From Candidatus Vampirococcus lugosii (GTDB taxonomy: Bacteria > Patescibacteriota > Gracilibacteria > Absconditabacterales > Absconditicoccaceae): a DNA stretch of 9,990 bases. A model generated the notes under the pieces. The model did no database searches. It was not told the origin of the DNA and saw nothing but the letters and a program-made list of their open reading frames with translations. The stretch is from positions 1 to 9,990 of the forward strand of contig NZ_JAEDAM010000034.1 in NCBI RefSeq assembly GCF_018420025.1, given 5' to 3'. Positions 1 to 6,170 of the stretch are shown piece by piece; the stretch's first letter is position 1; each line of letters begins with the position of its first letter. Position numbers and translations under genes: made by a program.

Positions 1-122
1 TCTATTTATTTGCAACAGTTCATTATATTCACAAATTTCATTTTCTTCTATATAATTTATTATATTTTTTGCTGTTATATCTCATATTCAATTTATATTT
101 TTTAATTCTTCTTCTCATATTT
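1..122. repeat. Copy A of a 122-bp (or longer) perfect direct repeat. It may extend past the window edge.
   Basis: Positions 1-122 are base-for-base identical to 418-539 (offset 417 bp). Both copies encode IGEEELKNINGIGDITAKNIINYIEENEICEYNELLQINR on the minus strand. Confidence 0.9.
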
Positions 123-612
123 GCAACAAATTTATTTTATTTTCCTCTTCTTCCAAGTCTTCTATATCTTGTCCATTTTGTTCATCTTCTTCATTTTCCT
201 CTTCTTCCAATTCGTCTATATCCTGTCCATTTTGTTCATCTTCTTCATTTTCCTCTTCTTCCAATTCGTCTATATCCTGTCCATTTTGTTCATCTTCTTC
301 ATTTTCATCTTGTCCATATTGTCAATCTTCTTTGTCTTCATTTTTATCTTTTTCCTTTTCACAACTTGTATCAAGATATGTTATATTTTTTATCTCTTCC
401 AATATCTTTTGTCAAACTCTATTTATTTGCAACAGTTCATTATATTCACAAATTTCATTTTCTTCTATATAATTTATTATATTTTTTGCTGTTATATCTC
501 ATATTCAATTTATATTTTTTAATTCTTCTTCTCATATTTCTGAGATAGAAAACATTTGAGCAAATAAAAAAATCGGAAAAAATAATAATGTAAAAAATAA
601 ATAGATCTTCAT
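1..612 (-). CDS. comEA: ComEA-like secreted/membrane-anchored helix-hairpin-helix DNA-binding (competence) protein. The C-terminus lies beyond the left edge of the window.
   Basis: Minus-strand translation with TGA=Gly starts at the ATG at 612-610; an in-frame TAA lies just upstream at 618-616. Peptide: MKIYLFFTLLFFPIFLFAQMFSIS (hydrophobic signal/anchor), then EIGEEELKNINGIGDITAKNIINYIEENEICEYNELLQINRVGQKILEEIKN. This matches the ComEA pattern L..L.GIG...A..Ii.yRe..G.F....eL..v.GiG.k.le.ik. An acidic repeat region follows, then a second identical HhH module that runs to position 1. The ATG at 555-553 is an alternative start. Confidence 0.65.
139..300. repeat. In-frame 54-bp tandem repeat x3 encoding an acidic 18-aa unit.
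   Basis: Units 193-246 and 247-300 are identical (attttcctcttcttccaattcgtctatatcctgtccattttgttcatcttcttc). Unit 139-192 differs at 3 positions. A degenerate partial unit follows at 301-~340. The minus strand reads EEDEQNGQDIDELEEEEN per unit. Confidence 0.9.
418..539. repeat. Copy B of the 122-bp perfect direct repeat.
   Basis: Identical to 1-122. Identity ends at 540 (c) versus 123 (g). Confidence 0.9.
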
Positions 613-642
613 AATTTATAAAAAATAAAAAAATAAAAAAAT

Positions 643-666
643 AAATTATTAAATTATTAAATTATT
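643..666. repeat. 8-bp tandem repeat AAATTATT x3, preceded by phased A6-7T tracts (620-642), in the comEA/rsmA divergent intergenic region.
   Basis: Read directly from the sequence. Function is unknown and this could simply be low-complexity AT-rich DNA. Confidence 0.5.
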
Positions 667-805
667 AAAATACATAATTTTTATATAAATATACAAAATA
701 TTTTTTCAATACTTTTTTAAAAAATATCAGAAAAATATCTAAATATAAAGTTGATTAGTTTTGAAAAAAGATTATAAATAATTATTTATTTAAATAATAT
801 TAAAA

Positions 806-1564
806 ATGCCAAGTTATCTTTGACAAAACTTCCTAGAAGATATAAAATATAAAAAAATAATATTAGAAATAATAGAAAAATCAAAAAAAGAATTTGCTTG
901 GGAAAATCTAATTGAAATATGACCTTGAAAAGGTTCTATTAGTAAATATTTAGTTGATAAATATGAAAATATTACTTTTTTTGAAAAAGATGAAAATTTT
1001 TATAATATAATTAAAAATTTTAAAAAAGAAAAACAAAAAATAATAATATGAGATGTATTACAATCAAATCTTAACAATTTTAATAAAAATAAAACATTTA
1101 TATTTTGAAATATTCCATATTATATAACTTCCCCTATATTCAAAAAATTTTTTGTAGAAAATAATTTCATATGATGACTTATTTTAATACAAAAAGAAGT
1201 ATGAAAAAAAATTAAAAGCGATGCAAACAAAAAATCTTTTTTGCGATGGCTTTTGAATTATTGATATGAAATAAAATATATAGAAACTGTTCCTGCAAAA
1301 GCTTTCAATCCTATACCAAAAGTAGACAGTTGTCTAGTATATTTGTCAAAATTGTCAAATAAAAAAAATATAAATTTGGAAGAAGTTATAAATTTTTTGG
1401 ATATTGTAAATAGATATAAAAGAAAAACACTATGAAAAATATCAAATATAATAAATAAAAAATGAATCTATAAATATAATATACAATGAGAAATATCAAA
1501 AAAAAGAATTGAAGAACTTAATTGGGATGATATTAAATATATAATAGATTATAATAAAGAATAA
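806..1564 (+). CDS. rsmA: 16S rRNA (adenine1518/1519-N6)-dimethyltransferase RsmA/KsgA.
   Basis: 252 aa with TGA=Gly: MPSYLGQNFLEDI..., ENLIEIGPGKGSISKYL, FIFGNIPYYITSPIF, AFNPIPKVDSCLVYL. These are the KsgA hallmarks (GQNFL, EIGPGxG SAM motif, GNLPY, PKVDS). TGA at 821-823, 920-922 and 926-928 falls on the conserved Gly residues. The frame was checked codon by codon to the TAA at 1562-1564. Confidence 0.9.
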
Positions 1565-1644
1565 TTTATAAAACAATTTTATTGAATAATTTAAATAAAT
1601 AATTATAAACAATAGATATTTATTTTAATAAATTAAATTCATAA

Positions 1645-2355
1645 ATGAATAAAGCAAAAATTAGTTTGATAAATAAAATTTCATCAAAAACAAATGAAGA
1701 AGTTTTTTTGATGTTTAAATTGATATGAGATTTTGAATTTAAGACATGACAATTTGTTATGATAACAACAAATATTGATAACAAAAATATTAAAAGAGCA
1801 TATAGTATAGCAACAACAAATAAATTATTGCAAGATAAAAAACAAATTTGATTTTATGTAAAAAAAGCATCAGAAAATTGAGTTTCAAATTATTTTACTC
1901 AAATAATTAAAGAATGAGATGAATTAGAGATAACTTGACCATATTGACACTTCATAGACAATGAAGAAATAAAAAATTATTTATTAATTAGTGTATGAAG
2001 TTGAGTAGGACCTATATTATGAATATATGAAGAAATTATAAATGAAAAAAATAATTTCAATAAATTAGTAAATATTTTTTCAGAAAAAACAGAAAAAAAT
2101 ATTAATTGAATAATCCAAAAAACATTTAATTCAAATGATGAAAAAGTTAAAAATATATTATATTTATCTAGAGATAAAGTTGAATGATATAGAAATTGAC
2201 ATATACAAGATTGACTACAAGAAGCTATTGATTTTTTATGAACCAAAAAAATAAAAGTTTTTATTTGTGGTAAACCAGAAATGGTAGATGATGCAACTAA
2301 TATTTTATTGAGTAAATGAATAGAAAAAAATAATATAATTTCAGAAAAATATTAA
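1645..2355 (+). CDS. FAD/NAD(P)-binding oxidoreductase, ferredoxin-NADP+ reductase (FNR) family.
   Basis: 236 aa with TGA=Gly. Motifs: KTGQFVMI...KRAYSIA (RxYS FAD motif), EGDELEITGPYGHF, LLISVGSGVGPILGI (GxGxxP NAD(P) motif), KVFICGKPEMV (C-terminal CGxxxM). The specific enzyme cannot be assigned. Confidence 0.7.
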
Positions 2356-2376
2356 TTTTAAAAATAAAATAAATTT

Positions 2377-3061
2377 ATGTTATACATAATACCAACTCCT
2401 ATATGAAATATTCAAGATATTACATTAAGATGACTTAATTTATTAAAAGAACTTGAAATATTTTTATGTGAAGATACTAGAACTAGTAAAAAATTAATGA
2501 ATTTATATAATATTGATTATTCAAATAAACAATTTTTTAGTATTACAAGTTATACAAGTGAATGAAAAATAGAATTTTATAAAAAATTAATAGAGGAAAC
2601 TAATGTATGATTATTAAGCGATGCTGGAACACCATGATTATCAGATCCTTGAAAAAATATCATAAAAATAATTACAGAAAATAATATAAAATTTGAAACA
2701 TTGCCATGAGCTAGTGCAATAATTCCATGAGTTGTATCTAGTTGATTTGATACATCAAAATTTATATATTTATGATTTCTTCCCAAAAAAAAAATGAAGA
2801 CTAAAATATATTAAATATATAGTAAATAGTGAAATTCCTGTATTTATATATGAATCTGTATATAGAATAAAAAAATTAATAAATCAAATAAAAGAAGAAT
2901 GATTTGAAGGTAAAATTTCAATAAATAGAGAAATTAGTAAAATATATGAACAAAAAATAACAGACAATATAGACAAAATAATAGACAAATTAGACAATTG
3001 AGAAATAAAAATAAAAGGGGAGTTTGTTGTTTGATTTTTTAATACTAAATGAAAATGTTAA
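2377..3061 (+). CDS. rsmI: 16S rRNA (cytidine1402-2'-O)-methyltransferase RsmI, interrupted by a +1 frameshift in an A10 run (2785-2794).
   Basis: Frame 1 reads MLYIIPTPIGNIQDITLRGLNLLKE...VGLLSDAGTPGLSDPG...LPGASAIIPGVVSSGF...YLGFLPKKK, then 6 more codons to a TAA at 2812-2814. Frame 2 from 2795 reads GRLKYIKYIVNSEIPVFIYESVYRIKKLINQI...INREISKIYEQ...IKGEFVVGF, ending at the TAA at 3059-3061. Together these give a full-length RsmI (PTPIGN, SDAGTPxxSDPG, LPGxSA, YESPxR-like, RElTKxxE, KGEfv). Confidence 0.85.
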
Positions 3062-4176
3062 ATTTTATTTTCTTCGGTAGATTAACAAAAGAAAAATGAT
3101 TTGATTTAATATTATATATATTAGATAAATATAAAAATAATAAATATATAAATTTTTATATTTTTTGAAAATGAGATTTGGAAAAAAATTTAAAAAAAAT
3201 TAATGCTAAAAATATTAAATATTTATGATGGCAAAATATAGAAACTATAAATAAATATTTGGAAAAATCTCATTATACATTGATGCCATCCAAATTTTTG
3301 GAAACTTTTGGTTTATCTGCTTTGGAAAGTATAAATAAATGAGTTCCTGTAATTTGATATTGAAAGTGATGACTTAAACAATTTATAACACAAGAATTAG
3401 ATATAATTAAACAAATATGAAAAAATGATGAAGAAAAAATTGAAAACATAATAAATAAACTAATAAAAGAAATTGAAAATCAAAAAAATAATTGGGCATA
3501 TAGATCAAAAAAAGCAATTGAAAAATCAAATAATTATAAAAAAGAAACATCGTTAAGGGAGTTTGAAAATATAATTTGAAAAAATAAAAAAATACTTCTG
3601 ATAAGTGATTCTATTGAAAATATATGATGAATAGAATCATATATTATTAATACTAAAAAATTACGTAATAATAGTTGACACGAAGTAGACAGCTTTTGAC
3701 TAGGTGGCAAAATAGTAAAATATAGAAAAATATTGATGAGTTTAGTATGATTTAACATTTTTGCATATTGGAATTTAAAGAAAAAAATTAAACAATTTGA
3801 ACCTGATATTATATGGCTACATTCTGTAAGTAGATATTTATGATTTTTGCCTTTACTTAATTGTAAGTGAAAAAAAACTTTAATAATGTATCATGATTTA
3901 TGATATTTTCATCCATTTCCTTCAAAAGTTTATGAAGAAGAACAAATAATATGAAAAGTAAATTTAAAAAATTTTATAAAAATGTGAAAATCAAAAAATC
4001 CTATTGTAATATTTGCTATTTTTTTGAAACTAATTAATTTAAAATTAATAAATTTTGTGTTAAATAAAAAATGTAATTTTTTTATAATACCATCAGAATT
4101 TATGACAAAATATTTACAAAATTGATATTGAATAAAAAAAGAAAAAATAAAAATTTTGAAACATTTTGCAAAATAA
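3049..4176 (+). CDS. GT-B fold (GT4/group-1-like) glycosyltransferase with domain order swapped: donor-binding C-half first, N-half second.
   Basis: A single uninterrupted 375-aa ORF with TGA=Gly, checked line by line; a TAA at 3046-3048 lies immediately upstream. Residues 1-~115 read MKMLNFIFFGRLTKEKGFDLILYIL...FYIFGKGDLEKNL...IKYLGWQN...LMPSKFLETFGLSALESINKGVPVIGYGKGGLKQFI, the Glycos_transf_1 pattern (GRL..eKG, ivG.G, PS..E.FG...lEa...G.PV). A typical C-terminal tail follows. From codon ~180 (nt 3586) it reads KKILLISDSIENIGGIESYIINTKKLRNNSGHEV...FEPDIIWLHS...TLIMYHDLGYFHPFP...FFIIPSEFMTKYLQNGYGIKKEKIKILKHFAK, the pattern of a GT4 N-terminal domain. Confidence 0.8.
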
Positions 4177-4182
4177 AAAAAA

Positions 4183-4872
4183 TTAAATATGTCTAGCTAT
4201 TACTAATCACCAAACTTTAGTTTTATTAAATTTTTTTTCAATTAATGTAGACACCTGTCTAATTGTCGATCAAGTTGTTGTCACATCATCAATAATAATC
4301 AAAACTTTTCATTCCAAATCTAAATTTTCTTTTAATTTAAAAGCTCAATTAAGATTTTTAATTCTCTTTTCTCTATTTAATCTTGCTTGTTTTTGGGTAA
4401 TTTTTATTTTTTGAAAAACATCTAAAACTGGAATATTTAATTCTTGTCAAAAAGTTTTTGCTAATAAATAAGATTGATTAAATCATCTAACAAAATATTT
4501 ATTGTACCAATCTTGAGGAATATATGTAATAATTATCTCTTTATCAATTTCTTGTATTGCTTGATTAGATAAAAATATATATTTGATTTGATTTATTAAA
4601 TCTTTTGATAAAATTCTAGCTCATTTATATTTTAATGATTTAATAATTTTTTTAATAATTCAAGTATAATTAAATCATATTATTATTCATTGTAATGCTT
4701 CATTTTCATATTTACATTTTTGACAAATTTTGAAACTATTTGATTTTGACTTACAAATTGGACATATGTCAAAATGAACATTAATATTTTTTTTGCAAGT
4801 TTGACATATGTGTTGTCAAACTTGTCTACATCATAAACATGTTTTAGGGAAAATTATATCAAGTATATTCAT
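4183..4872 (-). CDS. comFC: ComF family protein (ComFC-type, phosphoribosyltransferase-like competence protein).
   Basis: 229 aa with TGA=Gly. Motifs: MNILDIIFPKTCLGCRQVGQHICQTCKKNI...CPICKSKS...CQKC (N-terminal Cys4 zinc finger), LKYKGARIL, ITYIPQDWYNKYFVRGFNQSYLLA, QKQARLNREKRIKNLNGAF, GKVLIIIDDVTTTGSTIRQV (PRTase loop; the TGA at 4272-4270 is the Gly of TTG), WGLVIARH. Confidence 0.9.
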
Positions 4873-4938
4873 ATGTATTTGATAAGTATAAAAAAATAAA
4901 TATATTATTATATTAAATTTATAATTTAAATTATAATT

Positions 4939-6052
4939 ATGAATATAGCTTTTGCAGGTGGAGGAACATGATGACATGTATTTCCTATAAAATCAATTAT
5001 TGATTATATAAAAAAAGATAATAAAATTACAAGTGAATTTGAAAATATTTATTGGTTTGGAGAAAAAAATTCTCTGGAAGAAAAAATTGCTAATGATATA
5101 AGTAATGTTAAATTTATAAAAATGATATCTTGAAAATTAAGAAGAGATAAATCTATAATTTCATTTGCAAAAAATATTATTGATTTATTTAAATTTTGAT
5201 ACTGAATTACAAAATCAATTTTTTTATTAAAAAAATATAAAATAGATGTAGTTTTTTGTAAATGATGATATGTTGCACTTCCTGTAGTTATTGCATCCAA
5301 AATATTAAGAAAAAAAGTTTTTGTACATGAATCAGATACTGTAGCATGATTGACAAATCGTATTGCCAACAAATTTTCAAATAAATCATATACTTGATTT
5401 CCCAAAAGTTTAAAATGATGACAACATATATGACAAATATTATCAGAAAATATATTAAACTTTAATAATTTAGACAAGTTTGACACAAGTTTGACAGGGG
5501 AGTTGGACAGTAATTTTAATAAAAAAACTAATATACTTATAGTTTGATGATCACAATGATCAAAAAACAATTTATGAAAATATTATTATCATAATAGAAA
5601 AAAATAAAGATATAAAAAAAAATTTTAATTTTTTTATAATACTTGGAAGTATTAATTCAAATTTAAGAAAAAAATTTGAAAATATTGACTGAAGTAAAAA
5701 TTTCATAAAAATATATGATTTCATAAATCAAAATCAAATGTGATATTTATGTAATATTTGTGATATATGAATTACTCGCGGATGAGCTACTAGTTTGGCA
5801 GAACAAAAATTTTTTGATATGAAATTAATAATAATACCATTACCTTATACTTGATGAAACCATCAATATTTTAATGCAAAATATTATGAAAATAAATTTA
5901 ATGATATACTTGTTGAACAAGACAAAAATATAAATAATAATTTATCAAAAAATTTATATAAACTTAAATTTTATAAAAAAAATAAATCAAATAAAAATAT
6001 AAATATATTGAACAAAAATATTGAACATATATTAAAAGATATAATATCATAA
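4939..6052 (+). CDS. murG: UDP-N-acetylglucosamine--N-acetylmuramyl-(pentapeptide) pyrophosphoryl-undecaprenol GlcNAc transferase MurG, interrupted by a +1 frameshift in an A6 run (5562-5567).
   Basis: Frame 1 reads MNIAFAGGGTGGHVFP (GGTGGH, with TGA TGA at 4969-4974), ...DVVFCKGGYVALPVVIASKIL...FVHESDTVAGLTNRIANKF...ILIVGGSQGSK, then runs to a TAA at 5605-5607. Frame 2 from ~5564 reads KTIYENIIIIIEKNKD...GYLCNICDIGITRGGATSLAEQKFF...IIIPLPYTGGNHQYFNAKYY..., ending at the TAA at 6050-6052. Together these give a full-length MurG. Confidence 0.9.
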
Positions 6053-6076
6053 TTACTTTATTAAGCAAATTATTTT

Positions 6077-6104
6077 TTGACAAATAAATATTATTGTATA
6101 TAAT
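6077..6104 (+). promoter_or_regulatory. Candidate sigma70-type promoter for the M23 peptidase gene: TTGACA, 16 nt spacer, TATAAT.
   Basis: ttgaca at 6077-6082 and tataat at 6099-6104, both perfect consensus hexamers, lie ~67 nt upstream of the ATG at 6171. The 14-mer ttattgtatataat containing the -10 box is tandemly duplicated (6091-6104 and 6105-6118). AT-rich DNA produces such boxes by chance, and nothing is known about this lineage's promoters. Confidence 0.4.
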
Positions 6105-6170
6105 TTATTGTATATAATAATTTAAAATAAAAATTGAAAATTTAATTAAAAAATATAAAATATAAATTTA

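Noticed and set aside
139-340. A CRISPR-like or satellite interpretation of the regularly spaced 54-bp repeats.
   Set aside because: The units are directly adjacent with no unique spacers, their length is a multiple of 3, and they sit in frame inside a coding sequence. They are a coding tandem repeat.
69-548. Track ORFs 69..548 (+, 159 aa) and 121..522 (+, 133 aa), both Leu/Phe/Ile-rich.
   Set aside because: They are low-complexity translations of the strand opposite the ComEA-like gene. They inherit its tandem repeats and match no recognisable protein pattern. The minus strand gives a signal peptide plus HhH motifs.
4170-4190. Intrinsic terminators in the convergent gaps: GT/comFC (4177-4182) and M23/purC (8509-8528).
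   Set aside because: The gaps are 6 and 20 nt with no GC-rich stem-loop or stem plus T-tract. No terminator can be supported from sequence.
4919-4936. An 18-bp perfect palindrome, ttataatttaaattataa, immediately upstream of the murG start in the comFC/murG divergent spacer. It could be an operator.
   Set aside because: A/T-only palindromes of this size are expected by chance in DNA this AT-rich. There is no second copy and no known cognate regulator, so a regulatory call cannot be supported.
5049-5570. Longest standard-code ORF in the track (-, 173 aa).
   Set aside because: It is antisense to murG, whose plus-strand translation (TGA=Gly) matches MurG motifs across the same interval. It stays open only because AT-rich antisense frames lack stops.
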